A stretch of DNA of 64,000 bases from Ramlibacter sp. (GTDB lineage Bacteria > Pseudomonadota > Gammaproteobacteria > Burkholderiales > Burkholderiaceae_C), in the NCBI RefSeq assembly GCF_029866045.1, contig NZ_JARXAB010000172.1, positions 177 to 64,176 of the forward strand, read 5' to 3'. Positions 55,183 through 64,000 of the stretch are shown here, one piece after another. The stretch's first letter is position 1. The number at the start of each line of letters is the position of its first letter. Both the position numbers and the translations under genes were made by a program. The notes under the pieces are model-generated. The model saw nothing but the letters and a program-made list of their open reading frames with translations, was not told where the DNA came from and made no database searches.

Positions 55183-56142
55183 TTGCCAGCCCCCTCCTCC
55201 GCGTCCCCCGCTTCCTCGGCGTCGCTTTCTCACCTGAAGTTCCGGCACTTGCAGCTGGTCGACCATCTGGTCACGCACCGCACCTTGCACAAGGCGGCGC
55301 GCCTTCTGAGCATCAGCCAGCCGGCCGCCACCGGCATGCTCAATGACCTGGAGCAGTTGCTGGGGCTCCAGCTGTTCACCCGCAGTCGCCAGGGCATGGC
55401 GCCCACGCCCGCCACCTCGGCGCTGCTGGACAAAGTGCGCACCCTCCTCAATGAGTTCAATGACCTGACCGCAGCGCTCGAGCGCGTGGGCCAGGGCCGG
55501 GACACGGTGCTGCGCCTGGGCGTGGTGCCGCAGGCCTTCGTCACCTACATGCCACAGGCGATCGAGCGGTTCCGAGCCGCTGGTGGCGGCGCCTTGCACA
55601 CCCAAGAAGGCACCGGCCGCCAACTGCTCGACCAACTGCTCGCTGGACAACTTGACGGAGTGATTGGCAGGCTCCCCTCCGAAGGCCTGCCGCCCCAGGA
55701 GCTTGCGGCGGACCTCCAGATGCTGCCCCTGTACCGCGACGAGGTGTGCGTGGTGGCACGCCCTGACCACCCCATTCTTCGTGAGCGCCGCATCAGCTTC
55801 AAGCGGCTGGCGAAGGAGTCATGGGTGCTGCAGCGCCGGGACTCCAGCGTGAGGCAGGCCTTCGCCGAGGCCTTCATGCGCGCGGGGCTGCTCCCGCCCG
55901 ACCCCGCCGTCGAGACCGCCACCTACATCCAGAACATCGCGGTGGTGGCCGGGTCGGGGCTTTTGAGCATCGCCCCGCGACGCGCCGCCGAGCAGCAGCA
56001 GGCCCTGGGACAGATCGCCATCCTCAACTTTCGCCTGGGGGTGGAGCCGATGCAGGTGAGCCTGCTGGTGCGGGGCGCCACTGGTCACAACGCCATGCTG
56101 CAGTTGTTCCGACAGGCGTTGACGGACAGCATCGGCCCCTAA
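55183..56142 (+). CDS. LysR-family transcriptional regulator
   Basis: LKFRHLQL..TLHKAARLLSISQPAATGMLNDLE...LFTRSRQG. Start codon uncertain. Confidence 0.92.
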   Translation: MPAPSSASPASSASLSHLKFRHLQLVDHLVTHRTLHKAARLLSISQPAATGMLNDLEQLLGLQLFTRSRQGMAPTPATSALLDKVRTLLNEFNDLTAALERVGQGRDTVLRLGVVPQAFVTYMPQAIERFRAAGGGALHTQEGTGRQLLDQLLAGQLDGVIGRLPSEGLPPQELAADLQMLPLYRDEVCVVARPDHPILRERRISFKRLAKESWVLQRRDSSVRQAFAEAFMRAGLLPPDPAVETATYIQNIAVVAGSGLLSIAPRRAAEQQQALGQIAILNFRLGVEPMQVSLLVRGATGHNAMLQLFRQALTDSIGP

Positions 56143-56173
56143 GGCGGCCGCGGCCGCAGAGGTCAGGCCTGCC

Positions 56174-57943
56174 TCAACTGCCGGCGGGCTGCGCCTCGGC
56201 GCGGGAGGGGGCTGGCGCGCTTGGTGCGTCCTGACCCTGCCCTTGTCCCTGCCCCTGCGCAATACGCGCAGTGAGCACGCCCACCACGTCATCACCGAGC
56301 CGGAAGATATTGTCGAGACCGATCGCCTCCAGCTGCCCGCTGCCGCGAAGCGTGCCCAGGGCTTCTTCCTTCATGTTGAACAGATAGAGCCCTCCGCCAA
56401 GCGCCTGGCGTCGGCGCGCCTCGTTGGCGAGCATCTGGGCGCCAGCCAGATCGATGAAGTTGATGCCCGCCGCAATCAAAAGCAGGTGAGGAGCGCCAGG
56501 GCACCCGTCGTCTGCCGCCTGAAGCGACTCCTCCACATGATTGACCGCACCGAAATAGATCGAGCCGTTGAGTCGCACGATGGTGAGGCCTGCCACTGAC
56601 TGCGGCGACTCCCCAGAGGGCGCGAACACCGGCGGAGAAATACCAGGCACCGGCTGCACGGGCTCGAGCCCAGGGCGGGAGGTTCGCCGCAGGTACAACA
56701 CCATGGAGACCAGCACACCCAGATAGATGGCGTACTCGAGCTGCAAGGTCAGCGTGGCCAGGAAGGTCACCGCCAGCACAGCGGCCTCTTGCCGGCTTGA
56801 ACGAATGATGTCGCCGATATGGTGGAAGTCGATCAGGCCCCAGGCCACGACGAAGAGGATGCCGGCCATGACAGGCGCGGTGAGGTACTTGGCCAGTGGC
56901 GCGAGAAACAGCAGGATCAGAAACAGGAACGCTGCCGAAAACACCGCCGCCAGCGGCGTGCGGGCGCCGGCGCTGTAGTTCAGGCCGGTGCGGTTGAACG
57001 AGCCGCTCGAGGCGTAACCGGAGAAAAAAGCACCCGAAATATTGGCCAGGCCCTGCCCGATAAATTCCTGATTGCCGTCGATGCGCTGCCCGCTTTTGAG
57101 CGCCACTGAACGGGCGATGGACACTGCCTCGGTGAGCGAGAGCATGGCCACTGCGATGGCGATCGGAATCAGTTGCTCGATGGTGGACACCGAAAAATCC
57201 GGCATCGACAAGGGCGGCAGCCCGACGCGCAGCGTACCGATGCTTTCAATACCGGTCTGCCCCGCACCGAGGGCCGCCTCCAGGGCCACGCCCAACAGGC
57301 TTCCGGCGAGCATGGCGGCAATGAGGTGCGGCAGGCGGGGCAGCCAGCGCTTGGTGACCACGCTGACCACCACCGTAAACACCGCGACGCAGGTGACATA
57401 AGGGTTATAGGCCCCGATCTGAAGCAGCAGCTCGGACAGCACCGTGAAGACACTGCTGCCCCTGGGAATCTCGACGCCAAAAAAGTACCGAGCCTGGCTT
57501 GCCGCGATCAGGATGGCCGCGCCTGCGGTAAAGCCCACCACCACCGTGTGCGACACAAAGTTGACCAGCGTCCCCATTCGCAAAAGGCCCAGAAGGAGCT
57601 GGAACACCCCGACCAGTAGCGTGAGCGTGAGTACCAGCTTGACGTAGGCCTCGCTGCCGGGAGCCGCGAGTGGGCTCATGGTGGCAAAGACCACGATGGA
57701 GATGGCGGTGGTGGGGCCCGACACCAGGTGCCAGGACGAGCCCCACAGGGCGGCCACGATCGCGGGGATCATGGCCGCATAAAGCCCGAACTCCGGCGGC
57801 ATGCCGGCCACGGTGGCAAACGCCACCCCCTGTGGCACGAGGATAATGCCGCCGGTGAGGCCCGCTATGGCATCAAAGCGCAGTGTCTGCCGGTTGACGC
57901 GTGGCCACCAGCGCAGGAAGGGAAGCCACGGGGTCCAATTCAT
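56174..57943 (-). CDS. SulP-family inorganic anion (sulfate) transporter with a STAS domain
   Basis: DAIAGLT..VPQGVAFA..AGMPP..GLY, SGPT, NQEFIGQG, SGSFNRT and a STAS domain (NGSIYFG, INFIDLAG). Confidence 0.94.
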   Translation of the reverse strand: MNWTPWLPFLRWWPRVNRQTLRFDAIAGLTGGIILVPQGVAFATVAGMPPEFGLYAAMIPAIVAALWGSSWHLVSGPTTAISIVVFATMSPLAAPGSEAYVKLVLTLTLLVGVFQLLLGLLRMGTLVNFVSHTVVVGFTAGAAILIAASQARYFFGVEIPRGSSVFTVLSELLLQIGAYNPYVTCVAVFTVVVSVVTKRWLPRLPHLIAAMLAGSLLGVALEAALGAGQTGIESIGTLRVGLPPLSMPDFSVSTIEQLIPIAIAVAMLSLTEAVSIARSVALKSGQRIDGNQEFIGQGLANISGAFFSGYASSGSFNRTGLNYSAGARTPLAAVFSAAFLFLILLFLAPLAKYLTAPVMAGILFVVAWGLIDFHHIGDIIRSSRQEAAVLAVTFLATLTLQLEYAIYLGVLVSMVLYLRRTSRPGLEPVQPVPGISPPVFAPSGESPQSVAGLTIVRLNGSIYFGAVNHVEESLQAADDGCPGAPHLLLIAAGINFIDLAGAQMLANEARRRQALGGGLYLFNMKEEALGTLRGSGQLEAIGLDNIFRLGDDVVGVLTARIAQGQGQGQGQDAPSAPAPSRAEAQPAGS

Positions 57944-57974
57944 CCGGCGTTCATGCGTGATCGAAAAAGACCGG

Positions 57975-58910
57975 TCACGATACCACTTGGTAGTAGAGGT
58001 TCTGCGGGTGCTGCGCCTGGGCAAAGAAGAACCAGCGCTCCACCAGCAAACCGACCGCCTGCGAGGCAGCGGCCACCGCCCATGCGGTCAGGGGATGCAT
58101 GGACAAGAGGGCCCAGGCCAGGCATGCCATCGGCACCGCGAACACCAGCACCTGGAACCCGATCTTGGCCTGGCCCATGAGGCGCAGGGAAGCGCCATGA
58201 AAAAACTCGCGGGTGTTGAAAGAGCCACCGGTAAAGCCCATCGACTTTTGAACCACCCGCGGCGACCGGATGCCGGTGGCCGACTGAAGGGTCGACTTCG
58301 GCTTGATGCTCGCATTACGCCGCAACGACAGCACGCGCGTCCCCCAGGCCAGCGCTGTGGCCCCGAGCGCCCAGGGCGCACAGGCACGGGCAAAGTTCAG
58401 GTCGCCCGCGGCGCAGGCCAGGGCGCCGCAGGCTACCAGCCCCGAGGCAAGCCCGAGCAGCGCGAAATTGACCAGGGTCAGCGGATGCGCCCACTCCTGA
58501 ATGAAGCGAATGCACATGTAGATCATGGCGGTGCAGTACCACAGCACCAAGGCGCCCGCGATCGTCAGCACCGCCAGCGCATGGGCCCATGGGCCATCCG
58601 AGTAGCCAAAGGTGGTCAGCCAGGCGGAGACGAAGGTCAGCCCGATGAACAGCGGCAGCGCGATCACCTCACGCGACATCCACGAGGTGCGCCACATGAG
58701 AACGGCCCGCCACGCCCGCAACGGGTGGCCGAGGTGAAAGAAGGAGGCCACCAGCCCCAGCACCAACATCGCGGTGCTGGCCCACAGGAGCAGTGGCGTT
58801 GCTGCCCGCGGGGCGCTTCCGGCTAAGGTGGCGACGGCGGTCACCAGCGCCATGCCCTGCGCAGCGCCCGACACCGTCGTGAACAGGATGATGGACAGCG
58901 CAGGCTTCAC
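57975..58910 (-). CDS. soeC: DmsC-type membrane anchor of a sulfite:quinone oxidoreductase
   Basis: PALSIILFT, ASFFHLGHPLRAWRA...WRTSWMSRE and ERWFFFA. Third gene of the molybdoenzyme operon. Confidence 0.82.
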   Translation of the reverse strand: MKPALSIILFTTVSGAAQGMALVTAVATLAGSAPRAATPLLLWASTAMLVLGLVASFFHLGHPLRAWRAVLMWRTSWMSREVIALPLFIGLTFVSAWLTTFGYSDGPWAHALAVLTIAGALVLWYCTAMIYMCIRFIQEWAHPLTLVNFALLGLASGLVACGALACAAGDLNFARACAPWALGATALAWGTRVLSLRRNASIKPKSTLQSATGIRSPRVVQKSMGFTGGSFNTREFFHGASLRLMGQAKIGFQVLVFAVPMACLAWALLSMHPLTAWAVAAASQAVGLLVERWFFFAQAQHPQNLYYQVVS

Positions 58911-59572
58911 CCCTTCACCTCGGTCGTGATCTTACGGGGCAGGTACTGGTTGGCAGGCTGCGTGTCCCACTCGGGCATCAGCGAATAGCCACCCCGCTCA
59001 CGGATCGCCTTCGACACCTCGGACTCCGGGTCCTTCACATCACCGAACAGGCGCGCGCCGGTGGGGCAGGCCTTGACGCAGGCGGGCTGGCGGTCCTGCG
59101 GCGGCAGCAGCTCGTCGTAGATGCGGTCAACGCACAAGGTGCACTTGGTCATGACCTTGCGCTCCTCGTCGAACTCCCGCGCGCCGTAGGGGCAGGCCCA
59201 GCTGCAGTACTTGCAACCGATGCACTTGTCGTAGTCCACCAGCACGATCCCGTCGCTGGCGCGCTTGTAGCTCGCGCCGGTGGGGCACACCGGCACGCAG
59301 GGCGGGTCTTCGCAGTGCAGGCAGCTCTTGGGAAAGTGAATGGTCTGGGTGTCGGGGTAGCTGTCCGCCTCGAAGGTCTGAACGCGGTTGAAAAAGGTAC
59401 CGCTGGGGTTCTCGGCGAAAGCGTTGAGGTCCGACAGGGGACCGGCTGCGCCCGAGGTGTTCCACTCCTTGCAGGAGGTGACGCAGGCATGGCAGCCCAC
59501 GCAGACGTTCAGGTCGATCACCAGCGCCAGTTGCTTGGCCAAGGTTTCCTGGGGAGGCTGTGGCTCGTTCAT
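58907..59572 (-). CDS. soeB: 4Fe-4S electron-transfer subunit
   Basis: CVGCHACVTSC, CLHCEDPPCVPVCP, CIGCKYCSWACPY and CTLC...PACVKACP. Confidence 0.85.
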   Translation of the reverse strand: MNEPQPPQETLAKQLALVIDLNVCVGCHACVTSCKEWNTSGAAGPLSDLNAFAENPSGTFFNRVQTFEADSYPDTQTIHFPKSCLHCEDPPCVPVCPTGASYKRASDGIVLVDYDKCIGCKYCSWACPYGAREFDEERKVMTKCTLCVDRIYDELLPPQDRQPACVKACPTGARLFGDVKDPESEVSKAIRERGGYSLMPEWDTQPANQYLPRKITTEVKG

Positions 59573-62478
59573 GATTTTTTAGAGGCGAAGTAGGCAATGA
59601 TCTTGCGGGCGCCACCGAGAACGCCCGGCGTCTGCGGCATGGTCGGCACCTGCGGGAAGGAGGTTGCCTCCTCTTCCGGCTCGGCGGGCGAGAGCCGCAC
59701 GCGCACGTCGTACCAGCCGGCCTGACCGGTGATGGGGTCAGAGTTGCTGATACGCCGCTCACCCAGTGGCAACTCCTCCGAGATCAGGTGATTGAGCAGG
59801 AAGCCCTTGCGCGATTCGTCTGCACCCGGCGCCAGCTGCCAAGCACCGGAGGCCTTGCCGATGGCGTTCCAGGTCCAAACGGTGCCGGGCTCCACCGCGT
59901 CGCTGAAGCGCACCATGCAACGCACCTTGCCCCAGCTGCTCTCCACCCAGGCCCAGCCCCCGTCGGCAATACCCGCCGCCTGCGCCGTGCTGGAGTTCAC
60001 ATGCAGGTAGTTGTGGCTGTGGATCTGGCGCAGCCAGGCGTTTTGCGAATCCCAGGAGTGGTACATCGCCATCGGCCGCTGGGTGATGGCGCTGAGCGGG
60101 AAGCGCTCCCCATCGATGGCGGCGTTTTCGAGCGGCGGGTACCAGAAGGGCAGCGGGTCGAAGTAGGTCGCCACCCGCTCCCGCAGCGCGTCCGGCGGCT
60201 GGCGTCCCTGGGTCTTGCCCTGCGCCGCCAGCCGGAACGACTGCAGCGTGTCCGAGTAGATGGCGAGCTGGACCGGATCGTTTTTTTGGCGCCAGCCCTT
60301 TTCCTTGGCGAAATCAAGGTAAGGCTGGTTCCAGTTGCGCATGTACTGCTGGTCTTCGGGCATGTGCCACTGAAAAACGCAGTTGTTCTTGGCGTACATC
60401 TCCCACTGGTTCGGGTTCGGCTCACCGCGCAGGTGCTCGGTGCCGTCCTTGCCGCGCCAGCCCATGAGAAAGCCCACGCCCGGCTGGGCCTGGAAGTTGA
60501 CCACGAAGTCCGGGTAGTCCTTGAACTTGCGGCTGCCATCGTCCTGGGTGAAGGCCGGGAACTTGAGGCGCGAGGCCAGTTCCACCAGCACCTCCTGGAA
60601 GGGCCTGCACTCTCCGGTGGGCGGGAGCACCGGCACACGCACCGAGTCGACTGGGCCGTCAAACTCAGAGATCGGCCGATCGAGCATGCTCATGACATCG
60701 TGCCGCTCGAGGTAGGTGGTGTCGGGCAGCACCAGGTCGGCGTAGGCCACCATTTCGCTCTGGAAGGCGTCGCACACCACCAGGAAGGGGATGCGGTGGC
60801 TGCCGTCCTCGTTTTTGGCGTTGAGCTTCTCACGCACCTCCATGGTGTTCATCGTGGAGTTCCACGCCATGTTGGCCATGAAGATCATCAAGGTGTCGAC
60901 GGTGTAGGGGTCACCCCGCACCGCGTTGGTGATGACGTTATGCATCATCCCGTGCGCCGACAGCGGGTGCTCCCACGAAAAAGCGTGGTCGATCCGCAGG
61001 GGAGTGCCGTCCGCATAGACCGCCAGCTCCTCGGGGCTGGCTGGAAAGCCGAGCGGGGCGGCATTGAGCGGCGTGTTGGGCTTGACCATCGCCGGGTCGT
61101 TGAAGGCGCGGTAATTGGGCACGATGTGCCGCGGATAAGGCGCCTTGTGGCGGAATCCGCCCGGGGCATCGATGGTGCCCAAAACGCTCATGATCACCGC
61201 CAGCGCGCGCACCGTCTGGAAGCCGTTAGAGTGCGCCGCCAGGCCCCGCATGGCATGAAAGGCAACCGGCCGCCCCTGCGTGGTTTCGTGCCGCTTGCCC
61301 CAAGAATCCGTCCAGGCAATGGGCAGCTCAAAGGCCTGGTGCAAGGCGGTCTCGCCCAGCTCCCGGGCAAGCCGACGAATACGGTCCGCAGGGATGCCGG
61401 TGATGGCCGAGGCCCACTCCGGCGTGGTCGTTGCCACCCGTTCGCGCAGCAGCTGAAACGCCGGCGCCACCCGGGTGCCGTCGGCCAGTTGGTAGTGCCC
61501 CTCCAGGGCCAGCTCACGGCCCTCCTCGTTCCCCTCGGGGTAGGCGCGCACGACAGTTTGGCTCCGGGTGTCCCAGGCCAGCTTGTTGTGCGGGTTGCGG
61601 CCGTCACCGGGTGGGCCGTTGTCCGGGTCAAAGGCGAACAGCCCCTCGCGCTCGCCTTCGTCCAGAACCACCAGCTGCGGGCCGTTGGTAAACCGCTGCA
61701 GGAAGGGCCGGTCGATCAGGTCGGCCTCGATCAGCTCGTGCAACAGCGCCATGAACAAGGCACCGTCGGTACCGGGCCGGATCGGAATCCATTCGTCGGC
61801 AATGGCCGAATAGCCGGTGCGCACCGGGTTGATCGAGATGAAGCGGCCCCCTTCGCGCTTGAACTTGCCAAGCGCCATCTTCATAGGGTTGCTGTGGTGG
61901 TCTTCGGCGGTCCCGATCATCACGAACAGCTTGGCGCGCTCAAGATCTGGCCCGCCAAACTCCCAGAAGCTGCCGCCCACCGAATAAATCATTCCGGCGG
62001 CCATGTTCACCGAGCAAAAGCCGCCATGCGCCGCGTAATTGGGGGTGCCAAACTGGCGCGCGAACAGGCCGGTGAGAGCCTGCATCTGGTCACGGCCGGT
62101 GAACAGCGCAAACTTCTTGGGATCGGACGCCCGGATCTTGCCAAGCCGCTCGGTGAGAATCTCGAACGCACGCTCCCAGGAGATGGGTTCAAACTCTCCG
62201 ACCCCACGGTCTGCGCCGGGCTTGCGCAGGAGCGGCTGGGTGAGCCGCGCAGGGGAGTACTGCTTCATGATCCCCGAGCTGCCCTTGGCGCAGATCACGC
62301 CCTTGTTCAGCGGGTGCTCGGGGTTGCCGTCGATGTAACGGACCTCGCCCTCACGCAGATGCACCCGGATGCCGCAGCGGCAGGCGCACATGTAACAGGT
62401 GGTCGTCTTGACCTCGGTCCCCTGCACGCTGCTGCGCTCGGGGTCGTGAAGCGGATCGCGAGAAAACAGCTCAGCCAT
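59569..62478 (-). CDS. soeA: Molybdopterin oxidoreductase catalytic subunit, cytoplasmic sulfite dehydrogenase type
   Basis: TTCYMCACRCGI..ICAKG FeS motif, FTGRDQ, AHGGFCSVNMAAG and MYHSWDSQNAWLRQI. No Tat leader; ABC operon order next to SulP. Confidence 0.87.
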   Translation of the reverse strand: MAELFSRDPLHDPERSSVQGTEVKTTTCYMCACRCGIRVHLREGEVRYIDGNPEHPLNKGVICAKGSSGIMKQYSPARLTQPLLRKPGADRGVGEFEPISWERAFEILTERLGKIRASDPKKFALFTGRDQMQALTGLFARQFGTPNYAAHGGFCSVNMAAGMIYSVGGSFWEFGGPDLERAKLFVMIGTAEDHHSNPMKMALGKFKREGGRFISINPVRTGYSAIADEWIPIRPGTDGALFMALLHELIEADLIDRPFLQRFTNGPQLVVLDEGEREGLFAFDPDNGPPGDGRNPHNKLAWDTRSQTVVRAYPEGNEEGRELALEGHYQLADGTRVAPAFQLLRERVATTTPEWASAITGIPADRIRRLARELGETALHQAFELPIAWTDSWGKRHETTQGRPVAFHAMRGLAAHSNGFQTVRALAVIMSVLGTIDAPGGFRHKAPYPRHIVPNYRAFNDPAMVKPNTPLNAAPLGFPASPEELAVYADGTPLRIDHAFSWEHPLSAHGMMHNVITNAVRGDPYTVDTLMIFMANMAWNSTMNTMEVREKLNAKNEDGSHRIPFLVVCDAFQSEMVAYADLVLPDTTYLERHDVMSMLDRPISEFDGPVDSVRVPVLPPTGECRPFQEVLVELASRLKFPAFTQDDGSRKFKDYPDFVVNFQAQPGVGFLMGWRGKDGTEHLRGEPNPNQWEMYAKNNCVFQWHMPEDQQYMRNWNQPYLDFAKEKGWRQKNDPVQLAIYSDTLQSFRLAAQGKTQGRQPPDALRERVATYFDPLPFWYPPLENAAIDGERFPLSAITQRPMAMYHSWDSQNAWLRQIHSHNYLHVNSSTAQAAGIADGGWAWVESSWGKVRCMVRFSDAVEPGTVWTWNAIGKASGAWQLAPGADESRKGFLLNHLISEELPLGERRISNSDPITGQAGWYDVRVRLSPAEPEEEATSFPQVPTMPQTPGVLGGARKIIAYFASKKS

Positions 62479-62502
62479 ACCCCGATGTTCACCGCCGAAT
62501 CA

Positions 62503-62527
62503 ATCGACTCGGCCGATAATTTTTATC
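62503..62527. promoter_or_regulatory. LysR-type dyads upstream of soeA
   Basis: ATCG-N7-CGAT (T-N11-A, 62503-62517) overlapping GATAA-N3-TTATC (62515-62527) in the 69-bp spacer. Confidence 0.5.
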
Positions 62528-62547
62528 ACACTGACCCGAAAAATCGA

Positions 62548-63456
62548 TCAGCGCAGGTCGGCCGAATCGAGGCAGTCGTCAAGGAAGCTCTGCGCGCCAG
62601 CGCCCAGCTTTCTGTTGCGATGCAGCACGATGGAGAGGGCCCGCTTCATCTCCGGCAAGGCGGTGGGAAGTTCCACCAGCCACCCCTGCTCAATCGCCTC
62701 GTGCACCGCCAGGCGTGACAGGCAGCCCAGCCCGATGCCCGCCGCCACCGCGCGCTTGACCGCCTCGTTGCTGCCCAATTCAAGCTCCACCTGCATCTCC
62801 GGCAGGTGGGGAAGCAGCCACCGGTCGGTGGCCTCTCGCGTCCCGGAGCCCGGCTCGCGCAGCACCCAGGAAGCCTTGGCCAGCTGCCGGGGGCTGAGCT
62901 TTCTCCGGGACACCGGATGGCCCTTGGCGGCGAAGATCACCATCTGGTCACTGCGCCAATGCCGCACCTTGAGCCCGGGTTGGGTGAGCGAGCCTTCAAT
63001 GAAGCCGACATCCGCCGAGAAAGACGCCACCGCGTCCACCACGTCGTGGGTGTTGACGATCTGAATCAGCACATGGCTGCCCGGGTGCTTGGCTTTCCAC
63101 TGGGCAATGAGCTGGGGCAGCAGGTACTCGCCCACGGTGTAGCTCGATGCCAGCCGCAGGGGGGTGGCGTGGGGCGCGCGGAACAGGGCCTCCGTCTGGG
63201 CCGCCTCCTCCAGCACGCTGACCGCCCGCGGCAGCAGGGCCCGGCCGTTTTCATTGATGATCAATTTGCGCCCGACCCGGTCAAAGAGCCGAACCCCCAG
63301 CGCGGTCTCCAACTCGCCCAGCGCATTGCTGGCCGCCGACTGGGAGCGGGAGATTTCGTCTGCGGCGGCGCGGGTGCTCCCGCCGCGCGCGACTGCGGCA
63401 AAGACCTCCAGCTGGCTGAGCGTGAGCTTGAGCCGTCGATCGATTTTTTGATTCAC
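62548..63456 (-). CDS. LysR-family regulator, YeiE/CysL-like
   Basis: LTLSQLEVFAAVARGGST..A...SQSAASNAL, LFDRVGR, SYTVGEY, LREPGSGTRE and ELGSNEAVK. Start uncertain (GTG 63456 or 63459). Confidence 0.88.
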   Translation of the reverse strand: MNQKIDRRLKLTLSQLEVFAAVARGGSTRAAADEISRSQSAASNALGELETALGVRLFDRVGRKLIINENGRALLPRAVSVLEEAAQTEALFRAPHATPLRLASSYTVGEYLLPQLIAQWKAKHPGSHVLIQIVNTHDVVDAVASFSADVGFIEGSLTQPGLKVRHWRSDQMVIFAAKGHPVSRRKLSPRQLAKASWVLREPGSGTREATDRWLLPHLPEMQVELELGSNEAVKRAVAAGIGLGCLSRLAVHEAIEQGWLVELPTALPEMKRALSIVLHRNRKLGAGAQSFLDDCLDSADLR

Positions 63457-63535
63457 CACATGTCCCAGGGTTGGCGCAATTATCGGGGAACCGGCTGGAC
63501 AACTCGCGCGCTTGCCACCTGCGTAAGATCGGGCC

Positions 63536-64000
63536 ATGACCCTCTCAGCGCCAGCCCCCAAAAGTTTCGACACGCTGGCCCTCTCCGCCGCCGCCCAGGA
63601 GAACCTGCGCCGGCTCGGCTACCTCGAGATGACCGCCATCCAGGCGGCCAGCCTGCCCGCCGCACTGCAAGGGCGCGACCTGATCGCCCAGGCCAAGACC
63701 GGCAGCGGCAAGACCGCAGCGTTCGCGCTGGCCTTGCTGGCCCGACTCGAGCCGCGCCGCTTCGCGGTGCAGGCGCTGGCGCTGTGCCCCACCCGCGAGC
63801 TGGCCGACCAGGTCACTACTGAGATCCGGCGCCTGGCACGGGCCGAAGACAACATCAAGGTGGTCACGCTCACCGGCGGCGTCCCGCTGCGCGGACAGAC
63901 CAACAGCCTGGCCCACGGCGCGCATGTGGTCGTCGGCACGCCCGGACGGGTGATCGACCACCTCGAGCGCGAGCACCTGCGCCTCGACGCCCTCGCGACG
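63536..64000 (+). CDS. dbpA: DEAD-box RNA helicase, 5' part (runs off the window)
   Basis: Read by hand; absent from the ORF track. MTLSAPAPKSFDTLAL..LGYLEMTAIQAASLP..DLIAQAKTGSGKTAAF, LCPTRELADQV..EIRRLAR..NIKVVTLTGG and VGTPGR. Confidence 0.88.
   Translation, partial: MTLSAPAPKSFDTLALSAAAQENLRRLGYLEMTAIQAASLPAALQGRDLIAQAKTGSGKTAAFALALLARLEPRRFAVQALALCPTRELADQVTTEIRRLARAEDNIKVVTLTGGVPLRGQTNSLAHGAHVVVGTPGRVIDHLEREHLRLDALAT

Noticed and set aside
56228-56258. Short hexamer repeat encoding QGQGQGQ at the SulP C-terminus
   Set aside because: Imperfect, in-frame low-complexity tail; no sign of phase variation.
59788-62718. 976-aa plus-strand ORF
   Set aside because: Antisense shadow of soeA with no domain features.

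Overview
GC-rich bacterial window, probably Burkholderiales-type Betaproteobacteria (inferred from four orphan Bug/TctC solute receptors and the gene content). The left ~38 kb is one divergent locus. Minus strand: tolC-like gene, a 21.9-kb gene for a ~7,290-aa acidic Calx-beta giant protein, a type I secretion (T1SS) ABC transporter with a degenerate ATPase, an HlyD adaptor, a TPR-sulfotransferase, an adenylate-forming ligase and a Bug. Plus strand: cysD, cysNC (PAPS synthesis), a 7TM-DISM histidine kinase and a response regulator. This is the best candidate for a new system: a T1SS giant surface protein with its own sulfation machinery. The protein appears to carry a nested, branch-like insertion at mid-stalk (split and circularly permuted Calx-beta domains) holding seven Cys-rich, EF-hand-loop 'GFGxDDRI' repeats. 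The right part holds a GntR-linked acyl-CoA catabolic cluster with an alkylglycerol-monooxygenase-like gene, an AbiE toxin-antitoxin pair, a LysR-Bug-sulfatase-hydrolase unit, soeABC-like sulfite oxidoreductase with SulP and a YeiE-like LysR, and the 5' end of dbpA. I saw no rRNA, tRNA, CRISPR array or transposase. All calls come from reading motifs by eye; no searches were run, and counts are manual.
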